Positions 40,177 to 53,160 are shown, counted from the first letter of the stretch. The stretch: DNA of 64,000 nucleotides from Octopus vulgaris (GCA_951406725.2 OX597834.1:11780001-11844000); one strand, 5' to 3'. Program-made: numbers and translations. The notes: generated by a model not told the origin, from the sequence alone.

Positions 40177-40390
40177 AGACCATGGCACTACAACCAGCCA
40201 GGAACAGTCTTCGCTACATTTGCAGTACCTGCCAGAGGGAGTGTTTGTCCAGGATAGGACTACACAGCCACAGCAACAAATGTAACAGGAAATAAAATAT
40301 AACAGCCGGACTAGACCTAAAAAAAAAAAAAAAAAAAAAAAAAATGCGCAACTCCATTGTCTCCCGAGACAGAAAGGATGCCAAACAATA
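40177..40390 (+). mobile_element. RTE LINE 3' end
   Basis: 40215-40295 encodes YICSTCQRECLSRIGLHSHSNKCNRK*, the RTE C-terminal C..C.R.C.SRIGL.SH motif. The 3'UTR has tccattgtctcccgagacagaaaggatgcc. Confidence 0.85.
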
Positions 40391-40409
40391 TATATGTATG
40401 CAGGAGTGG

Positions 40410-40458
<49 letters not shown>

Positions 40459-40459
<1 letters not shown>

Positions 40460-40648
40460 AGGAGAGGCTGAGTGGTAAGTAGCTTGTTTACAAACCACAT
40501 GGTTCCGGGTTCAGTCCCACTGCGTGGTACCTTGGGCAAGTATCTTCTGCTATAGCCTCGAGCCGACCAAAACCTTGTGAGTAGATTTGGTAGACGGAAA
40601 CTGAAAGAAGTTCATTGTGTATATGTGTGTATACACACACACACACAC

Positions 40649-40679
<31 letters not shown>

Positions 40680-40929
40680 GTGTGTGTATATGTTTGCGTG
40701 CCTGTGTTCACCGCCCCCCCCCCCCCGCACGCAAATCGCTTGACAACCGATGGTGTTGTGTTTACGTCCCCGTAACATAGCAGTTCGACAAAAGATCGAT
40801 AGAATTAGTACTAAGCCTGCAAAAAATAAGCCCTGGGGTGGATTTGCTCGGCTAAAGGCGGTGCTCCAGCATTGCCACAGGGAAATGACTGAAACAAGTA
40901 AAAGAGAAAAAGAGAAAAAGAATAAAAGA

Positions 40930-40930
<1 letters not shown>
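40459..40930 (+). mobile_element. SINE family B, full length
   Basis: Head, microsatellite centre and tail all present. Confidence 0.9.
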
Positions 40931-40983
<53 letters not shown>

Positions 40984-41009
40984 ATATATACACATTTATA
41001 TATAATATA

Positions 41010-41592
41010 TAGTTTTGCTCTGCTTGATTGCTTTGGCTGTGTAGGCAATATTACATCCTATACAATTTATTAGTTGTAAATATTAGTTTAAATATATCCT
41101 CTATAATCAAACTTTACATTAAATAGGTCTCAGCTGATGTAATACTATTTGGTATATTATTGGTAGTTAAAATTACAAGTTATTCGCTTCGTTTACTTTT
41201 AATCCATTTCCTTTTTTTAATATTTTAAGTATGTCGGCGTGTATTTTCGTTTCGGTTTGTGTGTTGTAGTAAATTTTACATGATTTATATGTTTTAAATT
41301 AATATAGTCGTTTACTGATATCATAGAGAATTAAGGTTTATGTTTAGGATATATTGATCTACCTTGGTCTATTCCCATATCGTGCTGTTTTGTTACAATT
41401 TAAGCCTGATTGTTAAACTCATATATTATTCCATTAGTTTATATTTCGTGCATTTGCCTCGTGTCTTTTAGTTTTGCTCTGCTTGATTGATTTGGCTGTG
41501 TAGGCAATATTATATCCTATACAATTTATTAGTTGTAAATATTAGTTTAAATATATCCTCTATTATCAAACTTTACATTAAATAGGTCTCAG
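41010..41592. repeat. element bounded by ~124-bp direct repeats (41010-41133 and 41469-41592)
   Basis: tagttttgctctgcttgattg...aaataggtctcag occurs twice with about 3 mismatches; begins at a TA tract. Confidence 0.85.
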
Positions 41593-41716
41593 TACCTATG
41601 TATTTATGTTGTCTGACTAATGTAAACGTTTACAATTCTAGGTTGGTTATACATTAAGTTATTTTCCATTATATGTATTTGCAATCTATATGTTCAGCTA
41701 CTATCTATCTCTCTAT

Positions 41717-41945
41717 CCGCTCAGTCGAAGTCGACTCTCGGTTACTCGTTGGATGAGTGTCCTCCAGTCAGTTCTATCCTGGCCCGCTTCTTTCAGATTG
41801 GCTATGCCCATTCCGTTATCACTCTTGATGGTGTCAAGCTAGCGGGTTCTTGGTCGGCCTCTTTCTCTCTTGCCACTGACCATTCCGAGTATGATGTCCT
41901 TCTCCAGGCATTTTCTCCGCATAATATGACCGAAAAGTGTAGCCG
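41717..41945 (-). pseudogene. RTE-BovB-like LINE 3' end relic
   Basis: Minus strand FGHIMRRKCLEKDIILGMVSGKRKRGRPRTR*LDTIKSDNGMGIANLKEAGQDRTDWRTLIQRVTESRLRLS, a BovB-type C-terminus. Confidence 0.88.
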
Positions 41946-42687
41946 AACATTTCTTCCTCCAAGTGAGGATTAGAGGAAGAAATGTACGGCTCCACTTTAT
42001 ATTAATTCTGTCCAATATAGTTTGCCTTCTATTTCGCTTCAGTATTTTATGGCTTTAAATTTCGACGCTTCATGGTGTGGTAATGACCGATCTGATGATA
42101 TTTCTCTATTTTCTATATCGTATTTTTAACTGTTGTCTTGCGTAGCTATGTTTGAGATTTCATGCCTGTATTTGCAACAATACTCACAAGCAGATATACA
42201 AGATATACAGTGCAATTGTTTGGCTTCTACTTCTTATTTATCAATTCTCACAATGTTGACAACACTGGATTGAATGATACTGAAAAGGTATCGATATCAT
42301 AATGATTTCTGTTAGGCGACTGACGATATCTGTAAAACATTCAAGTATGTGGTGCCTGAGAGGATTTTGTACCTTCTGTTCGCTTTGTCTTAATTTGTCT
42401 TTCATTGATATATAGGGACTTGTAGGGTTAAACCATTCCATGTTGTCCTCAGCTTCATAGTTCCTTCAGGTTAAATCTAGTATATAATTCACCATATAGA
42501 AATAATGCCCGACTGTCATTCATTGGGATTCTAATACTTGTAAAGCTAACAGTTGTTCAGAGGCTTCTAGTTATTGGAGATTTTCTTGCTTGTATACCTA
42601 CATCATACATACATGCGTACATACATTCATGCGTATGTACATACATACATATGTGTGTGTATGCATATATACTCTCTCTCTCTCTCT

Positions 42688-43048
42688 CTACTCTTACTTG
42701 TTTCAGTCATTTGACTGCGGCCATGCTGGAGCACCGCGTTTAGTCGAGCAAATCGACCGGGACTTATTCTTTGTAAGCCCAGGACTTATTCTATCGGTCT
42801 CTTTTACCGAACCGCTAAGTGACGGGGACGTAAACACACCAGCATCGGCTGTCAAGCAATGCTAGAGGGACAAACATATACACACACATACATATATGTA
42901 CATATATACGACAGGCTTCTTTCATTTTCCGTCTACCAAATCCACAAAGCTTTGGTCGACACTTGCCCAAGATGCCACGCAGTGGGACTGAACCCGGAAC
43001 CATGTGGTTTGTTACCAAGCTACTTACCACACAGCCACTCCTGTGCCT
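42688..43048 (-). mobile_element. SINE family B
   Basis: Tail to head, with a small internal deletion. Confidence 0.9.
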
Positions 43049-44051
43049 ATATATATATATATATTTACAATTTTAATTGCTGCTAATGTAATACATTTTC
43101 ACGTTATAAATGTAAAATTCCAACAGGTTAAATAATAGTTGTCTCAACAAACACAATATTTTAATTAATAATTAATTAATGACTACTTTCTTCTGAAGTT
43201 CCTCTCATCTTAATGCTTCAATGTATAATATAACGTTATTATCAACCACTCGAAAACATTCATCGAAATATGAATATCAATCATAACACAACAGAAGAAT
43301 TAATTACTAAAAAAAACTTAGATAAGATTCGATAAATAAACGCATCAAAAAGTAAATAATAAATCTATATATACTCAGAGAAATACATACATGTATATGT
43401 ATATATGTATGTGGATTTATGCGTATATATATAGATGTGTGTGTGTGTGTACGTATACCATCTCTATCTGTGTGTGTGTATATATATATACACGCATATA
43501 TACTATCTCTCTCTCATACACTTTCTCTTTGTAAATATGTGTGTGTGGTTCCAATCTCGAATAAACAACTATTGGAATGTAAACAATAATATTGTTTTGT
43601 TTTTTCCAACCGGTTGTAAAGCTATTTATACAATATTAAATGTAGAATTTAAAAAAAAAAATCTTATTAAAAAAAATATGATATCAAATATCTATTCCGA
43701 AAATATCATATATTTTCCTTATTCAGAAATGAAAAACAACGTATCAATACATCATTATATTCTTTTTTGAAAACTATCATTTTTTAAAATGATTTCCTTA
43801 TATCACATTACTATATTTTTGTACGAAAATAATCATGTTCTCAGCTCGATGCTCACACAGAGGAACAAGTGCGAATACACTTATTTATTGTATGAGAGAG
43901 GGTTTGGATTGCAAGATTCCTTATGGCAATTCTTGAGTAGAAACAAATTCTGTTATGTCTAGGGGTAATCATTATGCCAACGTTATTAACGCACACACAC
44001 ACTGGTTCAAATCCACTCTTTTATTATTATCCAATTGGTTAAATATCAAAC

Positions 44052-44333
44052 TCTCGTTTACTTGTTTCAGTCAATTGATTGCGGCCATGCTGGGGCTCCG
44101 CCTTTAGTCGAGCAAATCGAGCCCAGGACTTATTCTATCGGTCTCTTTTGCCGAACCACTAGATTACCGGGATGTTGGGGGGACAAACACAGCCACACAC
44201 ACACATATATATACGACGGTCTTTCAGTTTCCATCTACCAAATCCCCTCACAAGGCTTTGGTTGGCCGGAGGCTACTGTAGAATACACTTGCCCAAGGTG
44301 CCACGCAGTGGGACTGAACCTGGAACCATGTGA
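44052..44333 (-). mobile_element. SINE family B, partial
   Basis: Landmarks present; the head is truncated. Confidence 0.85.
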
Positions 44334-44465
44334 ATAAATGTATATCTATCAGTATATATACGTGTATGTATATGCGGGTGTGTGCATATGTCTATAGATA
44401 GACACAAACACACATACATATATGTAGATATATGTGCCTCACATGCACAGGCACTTCTATATATC

Positions 44466-44690
44466 TGTTTCTTTACTACCCACAAGGGGCTAAACACAGA
44501 GGGGACAAACAAGGACAGACAAACGGATTAAGTCGATTATATCGATCCCAGTGCGAAACTGGTACTTTATTTATCGACCCCGAAAGGATGAAAGTCGACC
44601 TCGGCGGAATTTGAACTCAGAACGTAACGGCAGACGAAATACAGCTACGCATTTCGCCCGGCGTGCTAACGTTTCTGCCAGCTCACCGCC
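44466..44690 (-). mobile_element. SINE family A
   Basis: TSD cttctatatatc / cttctatgtatc. Confidence 0.92.
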
Positions 44691-45349
44691 TTCTATGTAT
44701 CACACACCCACAGGCACACGGGCGCACACACGCACACACACACACACACATCTCTGCAATCACTCGTTCCCGCTCGTAACAATTACTTCTTTTTTCTTCC
44801 TGCCTTTCTCCATCTCTAAAATGCTTTAATACAACCGAAACGATAAGCCACACATGTTTTCTCTCTATTCTCTTGTTCACAAGCTTGTTTACCATCTGGA
44901 CTTGTTTGTCGCTGAAATCTCTTTCTTCATGAAAGACAATACCGTTGGTATATATTGTTTTTGAATCTGAGAACAGCGAAAGCAACACGTGTTGTTGCAT
45001 TGTTCAAATATATCAGAGCGTATATTATTAGCTTATATTAGCAGTGTGGTCTCTAAAATATACCGACAACTTCACCGCCACCAACATCCTCCTCCTCCTC
45101 ATCATCATCATCAGCAGCATCAGCAACAGTAGCAGTGGCAACAATACCTGCAGTCGTAGTAATATTGCCGTCTATATTGTAAAACTTCCATTTCTATATT
45201 TTGTACGTGAGATAATCAGAGGATTGTACATACATACATGTATACATACATGATTACCCATGCACTCATACATACAAACATACATACGTACCTATAAAGT
45301 AATAATAATAATACTAATAATCTAAAATAGGGGTTCTTATATATATATA

Positions 45350-45437
45350 AGATACCTTCTTTCCTTAGCGTCGAATAATACTATATTTGTTCCACGTCCT
45401 CGCGTTGTTGTGTTTTTTTGTGCTTTCTTGTTTGGAT

Positions 45438-45442
<5 letters not shown>
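45350..45442 (+). mobile_element. 3' piece of the cctgagcg Penelope-like family (no hammerhead retained)
   Basis: gcgtcgaataatactatatttgttccacgtcctcgcgttgttgtg...tttggattaac(TA)n, as at 51480-51560 and 59030-59117. Confidence 0.8.
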
Positions 45443-45482
<40 letters not shown>

Positions 45483-45771
45483 AAGAGTTTCCCGTAAACC
45501 CATGCACACACACACATACATGTGCGTGCATTTGGTGTATTGATATAATTTTCCACGCTTAATTTCATGGGCTACTTCACTTTTATCAGAAAAGTATTTT
45601 TTAAAATCGTGAAGTATATTTGCCAACTGAATGTGGTTAACACTTAAGAGTGATGCTACTATAACTTGTAGTCCCAAGAAGGCATATCCTCCAACTGGCT
45701 ATTGACAATACTGGGCCCTATCAGTTTTTGCAAAGGAAAGTCATCGTTCCCATCTCTAGTCTGACGTGATA

Positions 45772-45815
45772 CACATGGACCCGAATTTCGGGGTATTGAT
45801 CCGTCATCAGCGTGT
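45772..45815 (-). ncRNA. type-I minimal hammerhead ribozyme motif
   Basis: Reverse complement: cacacg CTGATGA cggatcaataccc GAAA ttcgg GTC catgtg. Canonical core and GUC site. Confidence 0.78.
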
Positions 45816-46129
45816 GGCAACCACCGATTGGCGGTGGGAAATGATTCTCAATGCAAACATATATATATTTTACCAGTGATGAAAAGTCACTGATATCGAA
45901 AAAGTGGAAACTAGCAATAATAAATCTCTGAGCAAGGTATGAACAGTAGCTGCACGGCATCGTGAAGTATATTTGTCACCTAAATGTGGCTAACCCTTAG
46001 TGGTTGATGCTACTGTAGGTTGTAGCCCTAAAAAGACATCTCCTCCAGCTGGGTATTGAAACACTGTCTGTGCTGTATCAGTATTTGCAAAGGGAAGTCA
46101 CCTTCCCCATCTCCAGCCTGACGTTACAT

Positions 46130-46173
46130 ACACAGACCCGAGTTTCTGGGTGTTGACTTGTCATCAGCTTGTG
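46130..46173 (-). ncRNA. type-I minimal hammerhead ribozyme motif (decayed stem II)
   Basis: Reverse complement: cacaag CTGATGA caagtcaacaccca GAAA ctcgg GTC tgtgt. Confidence 0.65.
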
Positions 46174-46556
46174 ACAACTACTGGTTGGCGATAGGAAATG
46201 ATTCTCAATACAAATATATATATATATATATATATATACTTTTCCCTTTGCAAATACTGATGGGGCACAGATAGTGTGTCAATAGCCAGCTGGAAAAGAT
46301 GTCTTCCAGGGGCTACAAGCTACAGTAGCATAAACCCTAAGGGTTAGCCACATTTAGGTAGCAAATATACGTCACGATGTTATGCAGCTACTGTTTATAC
46401 CTCGCTCAGAGATTTATTATTGATGTTTTAAAAATGTTATAGAGGTTTAAAGTTTGATAATTTTTACCCGGTGAGTAAACCGGATTTGGAAGATGTCCTT
46501 TTGAGTGTAACTTCATGTGTTCTCAACTCTAAACAAATGAAACATCAGGGGGGTTC

Positions 46557-46780
46557 TACTTTACGCTCGCCATATAAACCCTCATAGCTCTTTTTATATT
46601 CTTTTGACTTTTGAGAAAATTTTTGTACACACGGGAATTCATATGATTATGGAAAAAGCAAATGAAATTTTAGTGGAATTCTGGTTTACATACGCCATAT
46701 AAAACCTTCATAGCTCTTTTTATATTCGACTTCTGATAAAATGTTTCTACACTCGGGAATTCAAATGATTATGGCAAAAA
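46557..46780. repeat. imperfect tandem duplication, period about 125 bp
   Basis: cgccatataaa.cc.tcatagctctttttatattc...cgggaattca.atgattatgg occurs twice. Confidence 0.85.
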
Positions 46781-47243
46781 CAGTGCATGATTTAAGACCT
46801 ATTTAGCTATTATTACCTTAAGTGTTTTTCTGCATTTAATAAGCGAAAATTGGCTACCTGGTTAAGCATCTTGGTAACAGCTTGACTTTCTTTTAATCTG
46901 GAAACAGTTCGTGGCCTCTGATTGGCTAAGATTACCCCAAATTTGCAAACTTTAAAAGCTATTAAATCTTTATCGATTTATAGCGAAAATAATTTCCGTG
47001 TGAATAATGACCATAGTAAAGTGCACCATTCAACTGGATCAACAACTGAAGAAATTGAAAAGTGACAAGCGAACAGAAAAAAGCATGAAACTAGCGGAGC
47101 ACTAGGGCTTCTTTATATACACGCTTACCTACACTTATAAGGTAGTTCTAAGGAGAACTAGGGTTCTTCACGCTCAGTGGTTCATATACTCCTTAATCTA
47201 TGGCTGGTTCTCACCAACGAGTTCTAATTCTCCGGCTCAGAGT

Positions 47244-47293
<50 letters not shown>

Positions 47294-47319
47294 ATGTTAT
47301 CATGACGGTTACCTTCATA

Positions 47320-47550
47320 GGCGGCGAGCTGGCAGAAACGATAGCACGCCGGGCGAAATGCTTAGCGGTATTTCGTCTGCCGCTACGTTCTGAGTTCAAA
47401 TTCCGCCGAAGTCGACTTTGCCTTTCATCCTTTCGGGGTCGATAAATTAACTACCAGTTACGCACTGGGGTCGATGTAATCGACTTAATCCGTTTGTCTT
47501 TCCTTGTTTGTCCTCTCTGTGTTTAGCCCCATGTGGGTAGTAAAGAAATA
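47320..47550 (+). mobile_element. SINE family A
   Basis: Full length; ggttacctt is duplicated at the flanks. Confidence 0.92.
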
Positions 47551-47850
47551 GGTTACCTTGACAGTCACTTTCACCACGACAACCTATATAACCACTGCAA
47601 TCACCACCATCACAAAACTAACACTTATAAACACTACTATTACCACCATCACCTCAGTATCACACCTCTCCTGTCGCCATTATAACCACCGATACTATTT
47701 TATCCTCCTCCCATACATATCTTGACCATCGTCATCATCAACACTGTCTCTAAACAGCAACGCCACCATAGGTTACGTGGAAAGGGTGTGTTTTCAAGGG
47801 AGATAGAAAAAGAACATGACGTTGTAATACTTCATATAAAGTAAACGAAA

Positions 47851-48079
47851 TTTATTTACTACCCACCAGGGGGTAAACATAGAGGGGACAAACAAGGACA
47901 GAGAAAGGGATTACGTCAATTAAATCGATCCCAGTGCGAAACTGGTACTTTATTTATCGACTCCGAAAGGATGAAAGGCAAAGTCGACCTCGGCGGAATT
48001 TGAACTCAGAACGTAACGACAGAGGAAAAACTGCTAAGCATTTCTCCCGGTGCGCTAACGTTTCTGCCAGCTCGCCGCC
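47851..48079 (-). mobile_element. SINE family A
   Basis: TSD ttcatataaagtaaa / ttcatgtaaagtaaa. Confidence 0.9.
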
Positions 48080-48104
48080 TTCATGTAAAGTAAATATAAC
48101 AAAT

Positions 48105-48292
48105 GAAAAATCCTTCAAGAATACATAAAATTTCCCGGATCACTACCAAAATTTTATCACATATTCCTTGTGTCATTAATAACTTTTTCTGCAAGTTTAA
48201 TCAAATACCGTTTAAAACCTTTTGAGTTATTTTGCACACAGACGGACAAACTAACGCCAATGAAAACAAACCCCTTCCTTATTGGAGGTAAT
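48105..48292 (+). mobile_element. Helentron-associated (HINE/DINE-like) element end
   Basis: acagacggacaaac microsatellite-like block followed by aaaacaaaccccttccttattggaggtaa terminal hairpin, the typical HINE layout. Confidence 0.55.
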
Positions 48293-49549
48293 TATTTTAT
48301 AACGTGTGATCCAGAAATAAAAGAGACACAACTAGATCGAAACAAGAGCAACAGAAATCTCCCAACGTTTAAAAATTTGTTGAAAACATATTGGCTGATA
48401 GGAGCAGATGTTTTCGAAAGGCGAAACAGAAACCCGATTGGATTTTCAAGTTCAAATCTGCCGGACCTTATTATGAATGAACCTCATCGATTTTTTTTTT
48501 TAATATCGTTTTCTCCATGCAGGTTGTAATTTAATAAGTAAGTATGTATGTCTTCGTATATTCTGATATTTACTCTGAGTACTTCAATATCTTTCAGATT
48601 TATAATATTCTCTCTCTTCCACCAAACGGCGGCATGTGCGTCACACTGTCTCCTGGAAATATGAATATGAGATCTTTCCGTGTGAGAGACCTGATGCACG
48701 CTTGGGGAAATTAATCAATATGATGGTGCGTACAATTTGTTAAGTAGGGGCATAAATAGATTCGAAATATTTAGTGTTGAATTTATATATTACAAGGTCC
48801 TGAAAAGGAAACATTTATTAAGTTTCCAATGGTGAAAGCTAACCAAGACAAATATTTATATATGCATATTTGTGTGAAACTCTATTCATGTATGTGTGAG
48901 TATCAGCGTGCGTACAGGCCTGTGTTTCAGTTTCTCATTGTAACAGTCACTGAACGGAGTTATTTCGCCATCAATATCGTATGAAAAAGTAACCATTAAA
49001 AGCCATTGTGAATTATTTGAAAATATATGATTAACTAATCGAACGCAATGCGTTAGGCGGAGACAAACGCGTATGTTTCACTACTCACACACACAATATA
49101 TATATATATATGAATATATGTGCATATGTGTGCCCGTATGTTTGTGGGTGCGTGCGTATATATATGTATATATATATATGTGTATGTATATGTGTATGTA
49201 TATGTATATATATATATATATATGCGTATGTACATGTATGATTGTGTATGTAAACATGTAGGCACATGCATATATATATATCTTACTACATATTGACTTA
49301 CATGGGAGCACGGCTATATAGTCGTTAGTAACTTGGTTGTTACGTACGGTAAAATCTCTACTTAGAAAAACTGTCTTTACTTATGTTTTAATACTTTTGA
49401 GTGCACAGGATATATATAGATAATATCGAGCTATCTGGCCGTCATTAACTCCGTATACACATTCGCCCACGCGCAACAAATTGCAAACACTCTCTTCCCA
49501 TTCTCCATACATAGAGAAATATACATTCAGATATAGATATAGTGGCAAT

Positions 49550-49561
49550 AAATATATATAC

Positions 49562-49603
<42 letters not shown>

Positions 49604-49716
49604 TTGTGTGTGTATACATATATATATATATATACATATTGTTACCTATATGCATATGCATACGAACACACACGTTCACACATAGAATATCACACACTCA
49701 CGCATATATATATATG

Positions 49717-49775
<59 letters not shown>

Positions 49776-49799
49776 GTATATATATGTATATATATATAC

Positions 49800-49891
<92 letters not shown>

Positions 49892-50080
49892 TAAATATAT
49901 ATATATGTATATATATGTATATGTGTGTGTGTGTATATATATATATATAAATATATATGTATATATATGTATGTATATATATGTGTATGTATATGTGTGT
50001 GTATGTATGTGTATATATATAATATATAGATAGATAGCTAGATAAATAGATAGATATAAATATAGATATAGATGTATGTA
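49550..50080. repeat. compound TA/TG microsatellite region
   Basis: Direct reading. Confidence 0.95.
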
Positions 50081-50443
50081 TGTCTCCACACACATGTATA
50101 CATATACACGTCAGTGTGTTAGACATCAGATTAAGATTAATAGCTGAGTGGAGAATAAATATTAAAATATCGATGGAAATATATATAAAAAAAATATATT
50201 ATGATATCACATAAATAATAAAAAAAAAAAAAATGCTTTTTCCTAATCGTACTGGTCAATTCGGCAACGTACGGAAAGCTAATATAATATAATGAAATGT
50301 AGCATGACATCCCAAAGCTTTTAGTGTAATGATAATAACGATTATTAAAGAAATTAGTATGTTTTACGGTGGATTTCTCTCTAATATAAATATCTACGCT
50401 ACTTGGGTTTCGTGAGTAGAAACACTGAGTTTTTCATGGTGTT

Positions 50444-50450
50444 ATGTATG

Positions 50451-50504
<54 letters not shown>

Positions 50505-50565
50505 TATACATATATATACACATATATATATATACATATACATAAATATATATATAAATATATAT

Positions 50566-50601
<36 letters not shown>

Positions 50602-50663
50602 CATAAATATATATATAATATATATATATATACATAAATATATATATATACAGATTTTCATGA

Positions 50664-50700
<37 letters not shown>

Positions 50701-50758
50701 TATATACATGAATATATATATATATACATAAATATATATATATACAGATTATGTCATG

Positions 50759-50797
<39 letters not shown>

Positions 50798-50955
50798 TAT
50801 ACATATATATACACATATATATATATACATGAATATATATACATATACATAAATATATATACATATACATAAATATATATACATGAATATATATATATAT
50901 ATACATAAATGTATATATATATATATATATATAAATATATAAATATATATATATT
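50444..50955. repeat. compound TA-rich microsatellite region
   Basis: Direct reading. Confidence 0.95.
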
Positions 50956-51109
50956 ATGTTTAAACGCACATGCAAATATCTATAAATAGATAGATTGATA
51001 TAGTGTTAAAACTATATAAGTACACAGAAATATATACGCATGTATGTATGTTTTTTTTTTACTTTTGCGTACATATATATTCTGTTTAAATAAATACAAA
51101 TAGGCATTG

Positions 51110-51140
<31 letters not shown>

Positions 51141-51164
51141 GTGTGTGTGTGTGTGTATATATAT

Positions 51165-51305
51165 GATCCAAGCAAAGAAGAACAGACAAGAAAATCAACA
51201 ACCCGAGGAGGTGGTACGAGTACTGTATTATCAGACGCCCAGGAAAGAAGGAGAATTTAACGTTTCAAACAAAGCTCTTCTTCAGAAATAGAAGAAAGTC
51301 CGAAT
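51165..51305 (-). mobile_element. cctgagcg-family Penelope-like fragment with hammerhead 51255-51289
   Basis: Reverse complement: attt CTGAAGA agagctttgttt GAAACGTT aaat. Confidence 0.7.
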
Positions 51306-51310
51306 GTGTG

Positions 51311-51347
<37 letters not shown>

Positions 51348-51352
<5 letters not shown>

Positions 51353-51560
51353 ATGTGACCACGTGTATATCGTTGGCGATTTTCTTTTTCCATCTTCCCT
51401 TCCTTGGACCAAGCCTTTTTCTATGTTTCTGACGAAGAGCGCCGCTCGAAACGTTACATCCTCCTCCCTTCTTTCCTTTCCTGAGCGTCCAATAACTCTA
51501 TACGTGTTCCACGTCCTCGCGTTGTTGTGTTTTCTCTTTGTGCTTTCATGTTTGGATTAA
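51348..51560 (+). mobile_element. cctgagcg-family Penelope-like fragment with hammerhead 51425-51459
   Basis: gttt CTGACGA a-gagc-gcc-gctc GAAACGTT acat; TA runs on both sides. Confidence 0.78.
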
Positions 51561-52396
51561 AAAAAATATATATATATATATAGTAGAAATATATTACAAA
51601 AGAGAATATGAAATACACGTGGAAATGTAAGGGGAAAATAAGAAAAATCAACGAAAATGCACATTGTAAATAAAAAAAAAAGGTTTTTTATGAAGGGTAA
51701 CGACAGATATATACATTTAGATGGAGTGGGGTATATATATATATATATACACCCACACAATGTTCCCAAATAATTTTTGCAATGAAAAGCCCATTTTACC
51801 TGAAAAGGAATATTCACTGAAATGCTAGCAAGTGAATTATCTCTTCTCAAATCGCCCGGTAACCACGAGATGATAATTAAGCGAAACACAAATTTCGTTT
51901 ACACAGAGTCACCTCTTATTCTAGAGTAAAGAAACAACATTTGCACCTATCTGGTCGCACATATATTGACAACATGTTTTGAAAATTGTATCGGATACTT
52001 CGTTTTCCTACCCTAGCTAATAACAGTAAATATATTGCTCTGTGACGCTTTAAGATTGCTGCCAAATGGCTACTTGGATTAGTTGTCATATGTTTAGCCA
52101 TTCTCATATTCTGTATTGTTCACTTAACTTCCTTTAGTCAGTGAGATAGAGCCTGATATCAAGACTGGGAACAGGAGAATTTTCGATAGAATGACCGAAC
52201 TAAGATCAAAATCATTCGTGGTGTATTTGACACTTCAAATAATGACTGTTCATAATTAATTAGGTTCATTGTAGGATATGAAACATACTGTTTAATTCAG
52301 AACTATACGACAAACGTTTTATTGTGTTGCTAAACCGTCTAAGCACTGGCGGTATATACTAATACACACACGCGCACAAAAAAGACAAAACTGCAT

Positions 52397-52442
<46 letters not shown>

Positions 52443-53160
52443 GTATTTGTGTATTGTGTATATACATGCATATATAAATACAAACGTAAACGCATTATAT
52501 ATATATATATTTATAAATATATATATATATACATACATATATAGATAAATAGACAGATATAGATATATATACAGATATACACAGGCACATACAAACACAT
52601 GCACACATACATAAATACGTACATACGTGTGTGTGTGTGTGTGTGTATGCCTGCGAGTGTTTGTGTCAATGCATACAGCACAGAGATAAATGGCTGAATA
52701 GGGAATACGCGTTGCAAAATGAGAAAAAAAAGGAAGAAAATGATAAAACGACAGAGAAAAAATCAGACATATTTTATAAGCGAAATAGTGAATTCCGTAA
52801 AGTAAGCTTAGCTAATATAATATAAGGAAGTGTAGCATGACCATACAATATAACAAAGCTTTTAGTGTAATGGTAATAACGATTATCAGAAATAGTGTAG
52901 AAGGTGTATATGACATTTAATATTCGTCGTGGTAATATAATTACCCACGCCGCTTGAGTTTCGGCTTCAGACTAGGTGCAAGTGTATATTTTATATATGT
53001 GGATGTAGTTCCTGAGTTTATGCAGAATAGATAGTGTCTGTGCAGACGTCTGTGATTGGAAACTTAGTGAATCACGCCAACAGATTTCAACGACACGCAC
53101 ACATACACATGTGTATATATATATAAATATATAAATATCGTATGTTATATGTGTAGATTT

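Larger units (their letters stand above)
45607..46422 (-). mobile_element. hammerhead-bearing ~353-bp repeat: two direct copies plus one inverted partial copy (retrozyme/Penelope-like)
   Basis: cgtgaagtatatttg at 45608 and 45961. 46239-46422 is the reverse complement of about 45915-46097. Hammerheads at 45772-45815 and 46130-46173. Confidence 0.8.

Noticed and set aside
40177-40344. AATAAA plus poly(A) suggesting a processed pseudogene
   Set aside because: The coding part is an RTE C-terminus and RTE 3'UTR sequence continues after the A run.
48490-48545. Polypyrimidine-CAG ... GTAAGT possible 15-nt micro-exon
   Set aside because: Such signals arise by chance in AT-rich DNA; there is no supporting exon chain, and RNA-seq would be needed.
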